DNA of 64,000 nt. Source: Planctomycetota bacterium (GTDB lineage: Bacteria > Planctomycetota > UBA8108 > SXIK01). Positions within the stretch are counted from its first letter, which is position 1. Each line of letters opens with the position of its first letter. Shown here in pieces: positions 38,974 through 48,887 of the stretch. The translations under genes were made by a program, and so were the position numbers. The notes beneath the pieces were generated by a model. The model saw only the letters and a list, made by a program, of their open reading frames with translations. It searched no databases and had not been told where the DNA came from. The stretch lies in assembly GCA_965223845.1 (NCBI GenBank), contig CBDCXR010000004.1, positions 5,120,001 to 5,184,000 on the forward strand, given 5' to 3'.

Positions 38974-39137
38974 GTCCCCAGTTTGACCGACGATCCCGCG
39001 CGGCGACACTTTTCCTTGGCCGCGGGGGTCGGGCTTCTTCTCTCGCGCTGCGGTTCGCGGGCGCCGGACGGTCGTAGACTCGACGCGGCTTCTGAGATCA
39101 GATGACCCCTCTAGCATTCAGGTCCTCGACCGCGCCC

Positions 39138-40055
39138 ATGAACGGCATCCTCAATATCGACAAGCCGAGCGGCATCACGTCCCACGACGTCGTCGATCGC
39201 GTACGGCGAGCTCTCAAGACACGCCGCGTCGGACACGCCGGAACGCTCGACCCGCTTGCGACCGGAGTTCTCGTTGTCTGCGTCGGAAACGCAACGCGGA
39301 TCTCCGAGTACGTGATGGCGGGAGAAAAAGAGTACGCCGCGACGATCCGCTTCGGCGAGACGACCGACACGTACGACGCGGAGGGAGTCGTCGTCGCGCG
39401 TGCTCCGGTCGAACTCTCGCGAGACGACATCGAGCGCGCACTTGCCGACTTCCTCGGCGACATCGAGCAGGTGCCGCCGGTCTACTCGGCGATCAAGGTC
39501 GGCGGTACACCGCTTCACCGTCGCGCGCGGAAGGGTGAAGCCGTGACTCCGAAGCCGCGCTCCGTCACGATTCACGACATCGCCATCGAAGGCTGGATCT
39601 CGCCGGATATCGCCGTTCGGATCCGCTGCTCACCGGGAACGTACATCCGTTCGTTCGCGCACGATCTCGGGGAGCGACTCGGCTGCGGCGCGCACCTCGC
39701 CCGGCTCGAGCGGCGCGCGAGCGGGAACTTTTCGATCGACGATGCGATCACCCTCGAGGCGCTCACCGAGCTCGCGCGGAGCGGAACGACCCACGACGCG
39801 CTGAGACCGATGGAAGACGGGCTGGCGGCATTCCCCGCCGTCACTGTCGACGACGAACTCTCCCGCGCGATCGGCCACGGTCGCGAAGTGACCCTCGACG
39901 CTCACGCGGCTTCGGATGGCGAGCTCGTGCAGGCGCGGGGGGCGGAAGGGAAGACCATCGCTCTCCTACGCTACGACGCGTCACGACGGGCTTGGCGACC
40001 GCGGAAGGTCTTCGCGGCCGGTATCCCGGCCTCGCCGGCGGAAAGCCGCGACTAA
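39138..40055 (+). CDS. truB: tRNA pseudouridine(55) synthase
   Basis: GILNIDKPSGITSHDVV, VGHAGTLDPLATGVL, KEY, TDTYDAEG, QVPPVYSAIKVGG, CSPGTYIRS. Confidence 0.97.
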   Translation: MNGILNIDKPSGITSHDVVDRVRRALKTRRVGHAGTLDPLATGVLVVCVGNATRISEYVMAGEKEYAATIRFGETTDTYDAEGVVVARAPVELSRDDIERALADFLGDIEQVPPVYSAIKVGGTPLHRRARKGEAVTPKPRSVTIHDIAIEGWISPDIAVRIRCSPGTYIRSFAHDLGERLGCGAHLARLERRASGNFSIDDAITLEALTELARSGTTHDALRPMEDGLAAFPAVTVDDELSRAIGHGREVTLDAHAASDGELVQARGAEGKTIALLRYDASRRAWRPRKVFAAGIPASPAESRD

Positions 40056-40179
40056 TGCGGATGGTCGGGGTTGAACGATGGACGACCTGGTACGAGTCCG
40101 CCCGGCCCGCTACCATCCGCGTGACGGGGCAACACACCGCCGTTCTCCGATCCCGATTTTCGCCGAGGACCCACTCTCG

Positions 40180-41535
40180 ATGCGCATCTTGATCCCCGCC
40201 GTGCTGGGCTCCGCTCTTCTCGGAGTCGCGGCTTGTTTTCTCGTGATCGCGTCGGAATCGCCGGACGGAGTCGCCCCGAATCGCGGGCCCGACTCGGCGC
40301 TCGAGGGCTGGGCGGGCGATCCAGCGAGCTCGCGCGGATCCGTGCGAGGGGACTCCGAAACCGCAGCGAGCGGCGAGCGCGCCGGAGGCGAGCTCGCCGC
40401 GGGCGAGTCGGCCGACGCGAACGCGCGTTCGGCTCGACGGGCCGCAGCTCGGGGACTCGGCACGTTTCGGGGGAACGGCGAAGGCCTAGGTACGGGCGGC
40501 GAAGGATCGAAGCCGAACGGATCCGCAGATGGTACGAAGAGCGGCGTGCTCGCCGGCACGGCGCTCACGGCGGCTCTCCTCGAGGCGCTCGAGGCCGAGG
40601 ATCTCGGTGCCCTTCAAGGCCTCCTCATCTCGGAGCTCACCCTCGACGGAACGAGACTTTCCGCGGAGGACCTTCCGCTTCTCTTCGACGCACTGAGCGG
40701 AGTCGACGACTACGGGATGGAGAAGCTGATCCTCACGCATCTCGAACGATTGGACGCTCCTCCGGACGCGCTCGTCGACGGTTACCTCGATTATCTCGAG
40801 GGCGCGCGAAAGTCCGCCCACACTGACGACATCTTCAAGAAGATCGTCGACCTCGGTGGGGACGCCGGACTGCGCGGTCTGTCCGAGCTCGTCGGGTCGA
40901 CCGGGAGCGAGAAGCTACGCGGCCGGGCGGCGCTCGCGCTGGCGGAGATCGGCGACGCTCGCGGAGTGGAAGCGATTCAGCGTGCACTCTTCGCCGCCGA
41001 CGATGCCAACTCGGCGCGACCGTTCATCCAGGCCCTCGCGCGTTTCGATGATCCCGCCGCGGTGTCCACTCTGGTGGACTACGTGTCGCGCAGCGGCGAA
41101 TCGGCGTTTCGCTATCTTCGGGAAATCCGCGGAGAGGAAGCGGCGCCCGTTCTCGCCCGCGAGCTGGATCCACGTGGAGACGGATCGTTTCAGCGGGAGC
41201 TTCTCCGAAAGCTGCGCGACCTTCGCGATCCGCGCACGCTCGGCGATCTGGAGAGATTCCTCCGGCGCGCCGAAGGGACGATGCTCCGCGATACGGTCAT
41301 GACGGTCGCGCGCATTCCGGATCCGCGGGCGGCGGATCTGCTCGAGCGTTTCGCCGCGCGATCACACGACGAAGCGCTCGCGAGCTACGCGCGCCGGAGC
41401 GCACAGAAGCTCGAAGAGCGCCTCGCGCGATCAGCGCGCGAGAGCGATCGTCGCGAAGCCGAATCGCGCGAACGACGCGCGCGGGCGGAAGAGAAGAAGC
41501 GCGCGAAGAGCGAAAAGCGCGGACGGCGGGTCTGA
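40180..41535 (+). CDS. N-terminally anchored HEAT-repeat protein
   Basis: MRILIPAVLGSALLGVAACFLVI, Gly/Ser linker, RGRAALALAEIGD repeats, charged coiled tail. Confidence 0.75.
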   Translation: MRILIPAVLGSALLGVAACFLVIASESPDGVAPNRGPDSALEGWAGDPASSRGSVRGDSETAASGERAGGELAAGESADANARSARRAAARGLGTFRGNGEGLGTGGEGSKPNGSADGTKSGVLAGTALTAALLEALEAEDLGALQGLLISELTLDGTRLSAEDLPLLFDALSGVDDYGMEKLILTHLERLDAPPDALVDGYLDYLEGARKSAHTDDIFKKIVDLGGDAGLRGLSELVGSTGSEKLRGRAALALAEIGDARGVEAIQRALFAADDANSARPFIQALARFDDPAAVSTLVDYVSRSGESAFRYLREIRGEEAAPVLARELDPRGDGSFQRELLRKLRDLRDPRTLGDLERFLRRAEGTMLRDTVMTVARIPDPRAADLLERFAARSHDEALASYARRSAQKLEERLARSARESDRREAESRERRARAEEKKRAKSEKRGRRV

Positions 41536-41601
41536 TGCCGGGTGGGGAGACCTCGACACCGAGGCCCGGCGACGTTTCGGAGATTCGCTAGAGCGCTCGA
41601 G

Positions 41602-42573
41602 ATGCGGAGACGCGTGCGAAAGTTCCGCCCGTTCCCGCTCCTCGGGAACCCCCATGTCCAAACGATTCTCGGGAGCCAGCTCCGCTGGAGCCGAGCCCCC
41701 GCTTCGTCGCGTTCACTCGTCCTTCTCGACGACGGCGACCGCATCGCGATCGAGGTCTCGACTCCGCCGGAGTGGACGCCACGGGAACGAACCGTTCTCC
41801 TGATCCACGGTCTCTGTGGATGTCAGGACTCGGGGTACCTCGTCCGACTCTCGCGGCGCCTATTCGCCGCCGGGATTCGCGCCGTGCGCATGAACCAGCG
41901 CGGCTGCGGTTCGGGAGCGGGACTCGCGCGCAACCTCTACCACAGCGGCCGAAGCGAAGACGTCGAGGCCGTGCTCCGTCATCTCAGGCGAGAAACTCCA
42001 GATTCCCCGCTCGACGTCGTCGGTTTCTCACTCGGCGGAAACATGGCGCTCAAGCTCGCCGGCGAGCTCGGCGACGCCATGACGGACCTATGCGATCAGG
42101 TCGTCGCGATCTGTCCGCCCGCCAACCTCCTCGCTTGCGCGCACCGCCTGAGTCAGCCGCACGCGCGCATCTACGATCAATACTTCGTCCGGCTCCTCCG
42201 CCGCATGGTGGCCGATCGCCACGAGCGCTTTCCCGACCTCGGTCCGTTCGAGCTCCCGCCTCGCCTGTCACTCTACGAGTTCGACGATCTCTACACGGCG
42301 CCGCACTCGGGCTTCGCGAGTGCGCTCGACTATTACACGCGCTCGAGCTCCGCTCCCCTCACGCCGAACGTCCGGGTGCGGTGCCGGGTCCTCTTTGCCG
42401 AGGACGATCCCTTCATCGATCCGGAAGCTCTCGCTCCGTTCCCGTCGCGCGTCGAGGTGCTGCGCGTTTCCCACGGCGGTCACCTCGGGTTCGTCGGCGC
42501 ACCGGGTCGGAGGTTTCGCTGGATGGACGAGTGCGTGCTCGGCTGGTTGAGCGTCGGCGACTCTCGGAATTGA
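41602..42573 (+). CDS. YheT-family alpha/beta hydrolase
   Basis: NPHVQTI, HGLCG, RGCG, YHSGRSED, GFSLGG, EFDDLYTAP, DDPF, GGHLGF. Confidence 0.9.
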   Translation: MRRRVRKFRPFPLLGNPHVQTILGSQLRWSRAPASSRSLVLLDDGDRIAIEVSTPPEWTPRERTVLLIHGLCGCQDSGYLVRLSRRLFAAGIRAVRMNQRGCGSGAGLARNLYHSGRSEDVEAVLRHLRRETPDSPLDVVGFSLGGNMALKLAGELGDAMTDLCDQVVAICPPANLLACAHRLSQPHARIYDQYFVRLLRRMVADRHERFPDLGPFELPPRLSLYEFDDLYTAPHSGFASALDYYTRSSSAPLTPNVRVRCRVLFAEDDPFIDPEALAPFPSRVEVLRVSHGGHLGFVGAPGRRFRWMDECVLGWLSVGDSRN

Positions 42574-42600
42574 AGAGCTCCGAGGACGACGCGGACACGC

Positions 42601-44010
42601 TCAAAACCGGTCATTCTGCGTGAGCGCCCGCTCGACGTCGTCCGACCAGCGGGCGACCGTGAGGACGCTCCGCCGCAGCTCCTCGGCGTCACAGGTCGCC
42701 TGCGGGTAGGTGTCCACCATCACGAAGTGCGGTCTGCCGTCGATCGTCTGTACGGCGATCGATCCATGGGGCAGATCGGCGTTGAGCTCGAGCGCCCGGC
42801 GAAAGTAGCCTTCGTGAAGTGGCGCGCAGACGCTGTAGATCCGGACGAGGCGGGCAGCGAGCGGCTCACCCGGCGATAGATCGATCCTCACGCTCTGGCT
42901 CCGCCCTTCGGGGAGCGAGACGACGGTTTCGTAGCAACCGTTCTTCCGTGTCCAACTGAGCTGGAGCGCGCTGAGCACCTCGGTGACGAACGCGTCCATG
43001 TCGCGAAGGTGCCCGCGCACGGATCGCAGCTCTTCCCAGAGCGCCCCGGCATGGGGGTAACGACGCGCCGGGTCCTTGCTCATGCAAGCGCGGACGAGCT
43101 GCGAGAGCTCTTCGGGCACGGCGGGGATCTCCGCGGAAACGTCGGGAACGGGGTCGCTCTGATGCGCTTCGGCGACCTCTTCGACGGTCGGGCGGACGTA
43201 GGGCAATTGCCCGGTAAGCAAAAAGTAGAGCGTCACCCCGACGGCGTAGACGTCGCTGCTCGCAGTGGCCGCCTCCGCACGGAAGAGCTCGGGCGCCATA
43301 AAATGAGGCGTACCAGCGACACCGCGATCGCCGAGCGTCTGCCCGCTCGCGAGAACGCGCTTCGCGAGACCGAAGTCCGCGAGCTTCGCGGAGCCGGTTC
43401 CGGTCACAAGGACGTTCGCCGGTTTGATGTCTCGGTGAACGATTCCGAGGCGGTGCGCTTCAGCGAGGGCCGAGCAGATTTGACACACGTAGTTCGTCGC
43501 CGTCGCGACGTCGACGGCTTTGCTGTCCGAGAGAATCGCTCGAAGCGACTGGCCGGCGACGTACTCCATCTCGATGAAGTGATAGTCCCCGTCGCGGCCG
43601 ATGTTGTGCACGGTAACGACGTGGGGATGAACGAGAGCGGCGGCGCTTCGAGCCTCCGCGAGAAAGAGCGGAACGAACCGCGGGTCGCGCGCTGCGAGTC
43701 GCGGGCTCAAGACCTTGAGGGCGCAAGGTCGCATGAGCGTCACGTGGTTCGCCTTGTAGACCCGCGCCATCCCCCCTCGACCGACGAAGGATTCGATCTG
43801 GTATCCGGCGATCGTCCGTCCGACGAGATTCTCGTCTCCGAGGAGATTCTCGCCGGAGGCGTCGAACCGCGTCTCGCGATGGAGGACTTCGTGCGTGCTT
43901 CCGAGCGGAACGACCGACAAGAGCTGGCGACAGACCGGACACGTTCGGACGCTCGCGTCCACTGCGTATCGATCGTTGCAACCGTAGCAGAACCGAACTG
44001 CTTCGATCAT
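42601..44010 (-). CDS. Soluble Ser/Thr kinase with N-terminal Zn-ribbon and C-terminal YbjN/CesT-like domain
   Basis: CYGC...CPVC; GRGGMARVY, HRDIKPAN, DFGLAK, GTPHFMAPE; LPEGRSQSV...ALELNADLPHGSIA...DDVERALT; no TM seen. Confidence 0.88.
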   Translation of the reverse strand: MIEAVRFCYGCNDRYAVDASVRTCPVCRQLLSVVPLGSTHEVLHRETRFDASGENLLGDENLVGRTIAGYQIESFVGRGGMARVYKANHVTLMRPCALKVLSPRLAARDPRFVPLFLAEARSAAALVHPHVVTVHNIGRDGDYHFIEMEYVAGQSLRAILSDSKAVDVATATNYVCQICSALAEAHRLGIVHRDIKPANVLVTGTGSAKLADFGLAKRVLASGQTLGDRGVAGTPHFMAPELFRAEAATASSDVYAVGVTLYFLLTGQLPYVRPTVEEVAEAHQSDPVPDVSAEIPAVPEELSQLVRACMSKDPARRYPHAGALWEELRSVRGHLRDMDAFVTEVLSALQLSWTRKNGCYETVVSLPEGRSQSVRIDLSPGEPLAARLVRIYSVCAPLHEGYFRRALELNADLPHGSIAVQTIDGRPHFVMVDTYPQATCDAEELRRSVLTVARWSDDVERALTQNDRF

Positions 44011-44416
44011 GATCGTCCCCGGGGCCGTCAGCCTTTCGTACGTTCGTTGTACCACACCCGGGCTCACGATCGCCGCTCGGAGAACCGCGAGCTCCGCAAG
44101 GAAGGCCCGTCCGCGCCGGGTCGATCGCTCGGTCGGCGCCCGGGAGTGTGCATTCAAACGGCACGTCGATTTCGCTGCTTCTCCGCACGGCTAAAGATAG
44201 CCTAGCGTTAGGGCCCGCCGGGTGCGTCCCCCGGTGTGTTACGATGGGGTTCGGTTGAAAGTCCCAAGGTCGCCCTCTGGATCGCCCGGCGGCCACCGCG
44301 TGCGAAGGTGTGCCGCGCTCCCGGCTCGCGACAACTACCGGCCAGAGACTCTCCGGGCCGTCGACGATTCGACGGTCGTCCGAGCGCGCTCTGTCGCCTC
44401 CGTTCCGAATTCCCGT

Positions 44417-46438
44417 ATGACCGTTCGACGCCGCTCGCCACCGTTCCGTCGCCTCTTCGTTGCCGCTATGGCCTTCGGGCTCCTTTCGGCGGCGACGGCT
44501 GCCGCCGACATCAGTCCGCGTGTGCCCGAAGACGTCCAGACCGCACTTCGCCGCGGCGAGGAGGTGCACGTCTTCGTCGAGGTCGATGCGGAGATCTATC
44601 CGGGCTCGTCGACGCGCCAGTCGCTCCGCGATTCCGTCGACCGATTCGCGCGCGCACAAGAGCGCGCGATCGCCTCCCTTCCCGCGTCCCTCCCCGTGCG
44701 CTACCGATATCGCTACTCGCCCGTTTTCACGGTCGTCGTCCGCAGCGAGAACGATGTCGACACTCTTCTCCGCCTACCCGGAGTCGCCGAAATCAGCTCC
44801 GACCTCTACGGCCGTGGCGGGCTCGAGGCGAGTCGAGCGGTGATCCAGGCGGACCGCGTGCTCGAGAGCGGCTGGGACGGTGAGGGGACGGTCGCGGCTG
44901 TCATCGATTCCGGCGTCGACAGCGACGATCCCGATCTCGCGGGTGCCGTCGTTCACGCTTGGCACTACCGCGACCGCGGAGAGATGGTGGGCGAGGGCGC
45001 TCCGGACGCCTCCGGTCACGGAACCGCCGTCTCCGAAATCATCGCCTCGCGCGGAGTGGACAGCGAGGTCGGTGTCGCCCCCGGCGCGGAGATCGTGGCG
45101 ATTCGCGTGCTCAATGACGACGACGGCGGCTGGACGAGCGACTGGGCGATGGGGATCGAGCACGTCGTCCGACTCCACGAGGAAGACAACGGAATCGACG
45201 TCGACGTGATCAATGTGAGCCTCCTCACGTTCGAAGAGTTCGATTCCTACTGCGACTTCAGAGTGCGGCCGCTCGCCGACGCGTGCGCGGCGGCGCGCGA
45301 AGCGGGAATCGTCGTCTTCGCCTGCGCGGGCAACTCAGGGGCTCTCCATGAGCTCGCCATTCCCGGTTGCTACCGGTCGACGACATCCGTAAGCGGTGTC
45401 TTCACCGAAGCGCCCGACACCTTCCCCACATGGGCGAATCGAGGAACGCATCTCGATCTGGTCGCGCCCGGAGAGGTCGAGATCCGCGAGGGGGACGCCA
45501 TCTTCCGCCACCTCGGGTGCTCCTTTGCGACTCCATTCGCCTCGGGAATCGCGTGCGCCCTTCGACAAGTCGACCCGGGCATCTCGCCGCAGGCGATCGA
45601 TCGCCTGCTCAAGGACACCGGAGTCCCCGTCGAGGACGCCGCAAACGAGCGATTCGTACCGCGGGTCGACGCCTGGAATGCGATGCAAAGCCTGCTCGAG
45701 ACAGATTGCGACGAGAACGGCACGGTCGACTACGAAGAAATCGATTCCTTGACCGACTGCGACGACGACGGACGCCTCGACGTGTGTCAGATCGCAGAGA
45801 ACGCAGCAGCGGATTGCAACACAAACGGCATTCTCGACGTGTGCGATATCGCCAGCGACCCGGGTCTCGACTGCGACGAGAACGGACTCATCGACTCGTG
45901 CGAAATCGCGGCGACGCCGGATCTCGACTGCGACGGAAGCGGCGGCCTAGATATCTGCGAGCTCGACGGCAACCCGATCCTCGACTGCAACTGGGACGGG
46001 ATCCCGGACAGTTGCGAGCTCGAGGCGGATCCGAGCCTCGACTGCGATTCGAGCGGAGCGATCGACAGCTGCGAAATCATCGCCGGTCTCGTGGACGACC
46101 TGAACGACAACGGCATTCCGGATTCTTGCGAAGACGGCCTCGTGAGGTTCCACCGCGGCGATGTGAACGACGACGATCGGCTCGCCATCGACGACCCCAT
46201 CTTCGCGCTCAACATCCTCTTCTCGGATGGCGGGACGGTTCAGTGTCTCGACGCCGCCGACTCGAACAACGACGGCGGGTACAACATCGCCGATCCGGTC
46301 TACACGCTTCTCTATCTCTTCGCCGACGGTCCACCACCGGCGTCGCCGGGGCCACCGGGAAGTCCGTGCGGATCCGATCCCGAGCCCCCCGGCTCCCCCG
46401 GCAATCTCGGCTGCGAGTCGTACACGAGTTGCGGATAG
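44417..46438 (+). CDS. Secreted S8 subtilase with DCxxNGxxDxC repeats and dockerin-like C-terminus
   Basis: Signal ...LLSAATAAA; prodomain; AVIDSGV, GHGTAVS, AGNSG, GCSFATP; FHRGDVNDD...CLDAADSNNDG. Confidence 0.9.
   Translation: MTVRRRSPPFRRLFVAAMAFGLLSAATAAADISPRVPEDVQTALRRGEEVHVFVEVDAEIYPGSSTRQSLRDSVDRFARAQERAIASLPASLPVRYRYRYSPVFTVVVRSENDVDTLLRLPGVAEISSDLYGRGGLEASRAVIQADRVLESGWDGEGTVAAVIDSGVDSDDPDLAGAVVHAWHYRDRGEMVGEGAPDASGHGTAVSEIIASRGVDSEVGVAPGAEIVAIRVLNDDDGGWTSDWAMGIEHVVRLHEEDNGIDVDVINVSLLTFEEFDSYCDFRVRPLADACAAAREAGIVVFACAGNSGALHELAIPGCYRSTTSVSGVFTEAPDTFPTWANRGTHLDLVAPGEVEIREGDAIFRHLGCSFATPFASGIACALRQVDPGISPQAIDRLLKDTGVPVEDAANERFVPRVDAWNAMQSLLETDCDENGTVDYEEIDSLTDCDDDGRLDVCQIAENAAADCNTNGILDVCDIASDPGLDCDENGLIDSCEIAATPDLDCDGSGGLDICELDGNPILDCNWDGIPDSCELEADPSLDCDSSGAIDSCEIIAGLVDDLNDNGIPDSCEDGLVRFHRGDVNDDDRLAIDDPIFALNILFSDGGTVQCLDAADSNNDGGYNIADPVYTLLYLFADGPPPASPGPPGSPCGSDPEPPGSPGNLGCESYTSCG
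45700..46135 (+). repeat. Eight Asp/Cys-rich Ca-binding-like repeats, mostly 60-bp period
   Basis: DCDENGTVD, DCDDDGRLDVC, DCNTNGILDVC, DCDENGLIDSC, DCDGSGGLDIC, DCNWDGIPDSC, DCDSSGAIDSC, DLNDNGIPDSC. Confidence 0.88.
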
Positions 46439-46463
46439 CCAAGATCTCTGGCGCTTCCGGCGC

Positions 46464-46988
46464 CTACGGCCCGAGCGGTGGAAACTCGCCCGCGGCGTGA
46501 CGCTCGGCGAGACGCTCGTACTCGGTGAGCACGCGCTCGATGTAGCGCCGCTCTTCGGGACGAATCGAGCGGACGACCTTCGCCGGGACGCCCATGACCA
46601 CCGATCCTGGGGGGATCGCGGTTCCCGGCGGGACGACCGCACCGGCGGCGACAATGCAGTCTTCGCCGACCGCCGCATCGTCGAGAACCACCGAGCGAAT
46701 CCCGATCAGGGTTCTCGATCCCACGCTCCGGCAGTGGACGACCGCGTGATGTCCGATCGCGACATCGGCGGCGATCTCGAGTGGGACGCCTTTCTTGCAG
46801 TGGAGGACGCTGTGATCCTGAACGTTCACTCGATCACCGACGCGAATGGGCGCGACGTCGCCGCGGATCGTGACGTGATGCCAGATGCTCGCGCCGCGGC
46901 CTAGCGTCACGTCGCCGACCACGACCGCGCTCGCCGCGACGTGGGCATCTCCGATGCGCCCCATCGTGTAAATCGGCTCGACCGTCAT
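46464..46988 (-). CDS. Gamma carbonic anhydrase-like hexapeptide-repeat protein (YrdA/CaiE/PaaY family)
   Basis: VVGDVTLG, IRGD, NVQDHSVLH, IGHHAVVH, GVPAKVVR. Confidence 0.92.
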   Translation of the reverse strand: MTVEPIYTMGRIGDAHVAASAVVVGDVTLGRGASIWHHVTIRGDVAPIRVGDRVNVQDHSVLHCKKGVPLEIAADVAIGHHAVVHCRSVGSRTLIGIRSVVLDDAAVGEDCIVAAGAVVPPGTAIPPGSVVMGVPAKVVRSIRPEERRYIERVLTEYERLAERHAAGEFPPLGP

Positions 46989-47004
46989 CGCCTGCCGAAC
47001 CGGA

Positions 47005-47250
47005 TCACCCGCGCACCAGAGCCATCGGCAGCGTCACCGGGAGAAGGGCGGTGTCGGCGACGAAGCTGAACGGCAGATCGAAGAGGTAGTAGACCTCTTT
47101 CGACTCGAAATCGACGACATCGAAGAGGATGCGCGTTCCGGCGTAGACGTCCGGCGATGAGCGCCCGTTCAGACCCGCGTAGCGCTGAGTCGTAAAACAC
47201 CCCGCAAGGAGTGGGAGCGCGAGGGCGAGCAGCCAGAGGGAACGATTCAT
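47005..47250 (-). CDS. YceK/YidQ-like small lipoprotein
   Basis: LLAGC lipobox; VYAGTR; DLPFSFVADTALLP. Confidence 0.85.
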   Translation of the reverse strand: MNRSLWLLALALPLLAGCFTTQRYAGLNGRSSPDVYAGTRILFDVVDFESKEVYYLFDLPFSFVADTALLPVTLPMALVRG

Positions 47251-47335
47251 GCGATGACCTTTCAGCAATGTGGACTCGCGAGGGTGACGAGTCGGACGTT
47301 CACCGCCCGTCGCAATCGACTCGGGAGTCGGGAGT

Positions 47336-48670
47336 TCACTTCTCGATTCGGTAGAGGTGCGTCTTCGTCCGCAGGTAGAGCTCGTTCGCGATCACCGCCG
47401 GCGACGCCATGCAGCCGTCGTCGAGCTCATTGACCGCGACCGGCTCGTACGTTCGCGATGCACGAAAGACGAACGTCTTCCCCTCGTGGTTCGGTGCGAG
47501 GATCACTCCGCCTGCGTACACGGGAGAGGCGGAAAACTTGCCTTCGAGACGCTCGCGCCACACCCGCTCACCTGACTTGGCGTCGACACAGCTCGCGATT
47601 CCGTCGTCGTGAATCATGAAAATCTCGTCGCCGACGAGCAGCGTCGACGGTTTCGATGGCACGCCGTGGCGGTACGTCCAGTCGACGTGAGTTTCGGTGA
47701 TGTCGCCAGTCCCTCCGGTTCGCACGGAGACGAGATTCGCCTTACTGAAGCCCGTGTTGATAAAAACGCGGTCGTGTCCAAACATCGGCATCCCCGTGCT
47801 CGAGAAGCTCGAGAACCTCACCTGCCAGAGCTCATCCCCGGAGCGGGGATCGTAGCCCATGGCCGCGCGCGAACCGGCGCTGACGAGCTGGAGCTTCCCA
47901 CCGATGGTGACGATGATCGGAGTCGAATACGCCTTCTTGAAGTCGCCGTTCGTCGTACCGCCGAAGTCGTTCGAACGATCCGTTTTCCACGCGGTATCGC
48001 CCGTCCGTTTGTCGAACGCGACAACGTACTGATGGTCCGCACCGTCGAAATGGACGATGAGCAGATTCTCGAAGAGGATCGGCGAGGAGCCGGGGCCGCG
48101 GAAGTGATCGCAGGGAAGATCCGTGCGCCGCCAGAGCGTCGCCCCGGTCGCTGTGTCGAGGCAGGTGGTGAGATAGCTACCGAAGTGAAGGTAGACGCGC
48201 CCCGCCTCCACCGCAGGAGTCGGCGACGCGTAGCTGTTCAGGGCGTGGCAGAACCGAGGCTCCTCGACCTCGCGGACTTTGAGGTCGTGCACGATGCGTC
48301 CGGTCTTCCGCTCGACACAGACGCCGAACATCTGCTTCCCGTCCTCCGTCGCCGTCGTCAGCCAAAGCTGATCGCCGAGAACGACCGGCGACGACCACCC
48401 GCGACCGTGGATCGGCGTCTTCCAACGAACGTGACTCGATTCACTCCAGCGATGGGGCACGGAGGCGTTCGGGGCGAGGCCGTCGCCGCGCGGCCCACGA
48501 AACTGAGGCCAGGTCTCGACGGTCGACGAGCGTGAGCCGGGAGCGGTATCGGAGGATTCGGCGCGGGAGATCTCCGTCGAAAGGTAGGCCGAGAACGACG
48601 CGAGAAGCACGGCGAAGACGCCGTGTCTCCGCCGACACGAAACGCTGCATGAGCGCGGAAGAATCAACAT
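47336..48670 (-). CDS. PQQ-like beta-propeller protein (planctomycete BamB-like family)
   Basis: WPQFRGPRGDG, WKTPIHGRGWSSPVV, NSYASPTP, GSSPIL, FSASPV, MASPAV..LYLRT. Confidence 0.92.
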   Translation of the reverse strand: MLILPRSCSVSCRRRHGVFAVLLASFSAYLSTEISRAESSDTAPGSRSSTVETWPQFRGPRGDGLAPNASVPHRWSESSHVRWKTPIHGRGWSSPVVLGDQLWLTTATEDGKQMFGVCVERKTGRIVHDLKVREVEEPRFCHALNSYASPTPAVEAGRVYLHFGSYLTTCLDTATGATLWRRTDLPCDHFRGPGSSPILFENLLIVHFDGADHQYVVAFDKRTGDTAWKTDRSNDFGGTTNGDFKKAYSTPIIVTIGGKLQLVSAGSRAAMGYDPRSGDELWQVRFSSFSSTGMPMFGHDRVFINTGFSKANLVSVRTGGTGDITETHVDWTYRHGVPSKPSTLLVGDEIFMIHDDGIASCVDAKSGERVWRERLEGKFSASPVYAGGVILAPNHEGKTFVFRASRTYEPVAVNELDDGCMASPAVIANELYLRTKTHLYRIEK

Positions 48671-48878
48671 GTTGCGGCACCTTCTGCGAGAATTCTCCCA
48701 GCGTAGCTAGCGTGCACCGTTCGGTCGACCGCTAACCGGAACTTTCTCGCGCGATGGATTTCGTGGCGCGACTTTCTCGCGAGGCGCGATTCCGCCGCCC
48801 CTCGATCGCCGCGTCAGAATACCGGACTCCGAACCGATCGGAAGAAGCCTCGATGCCATGAAGCGAGCGTCCGGTGCG

Positions 48879-48887
48879 TGATATACT
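48879..48887 (+). promoter_or_regulatory. Candidate extended -10 promoter (TGaTATACT) for the NRPS
   Basis: TG-n-TATACT about 190 bp upstream of ATG 49078 in the divergent intergenic region; -35 weak. Confidence 0.45.

Noticed and set aside
39138-40055. truB outside the infB-rbfA-ribF context
   Set aside because: Dispersed housekeeping operons are common in Planctomycetota; no mobility signs.
44417-46438. S8 protease as pseudoenzyme
   Set aside because: Asp, His, Ser and oxyanion Asn are all present; only the Thr before Ser is changed.
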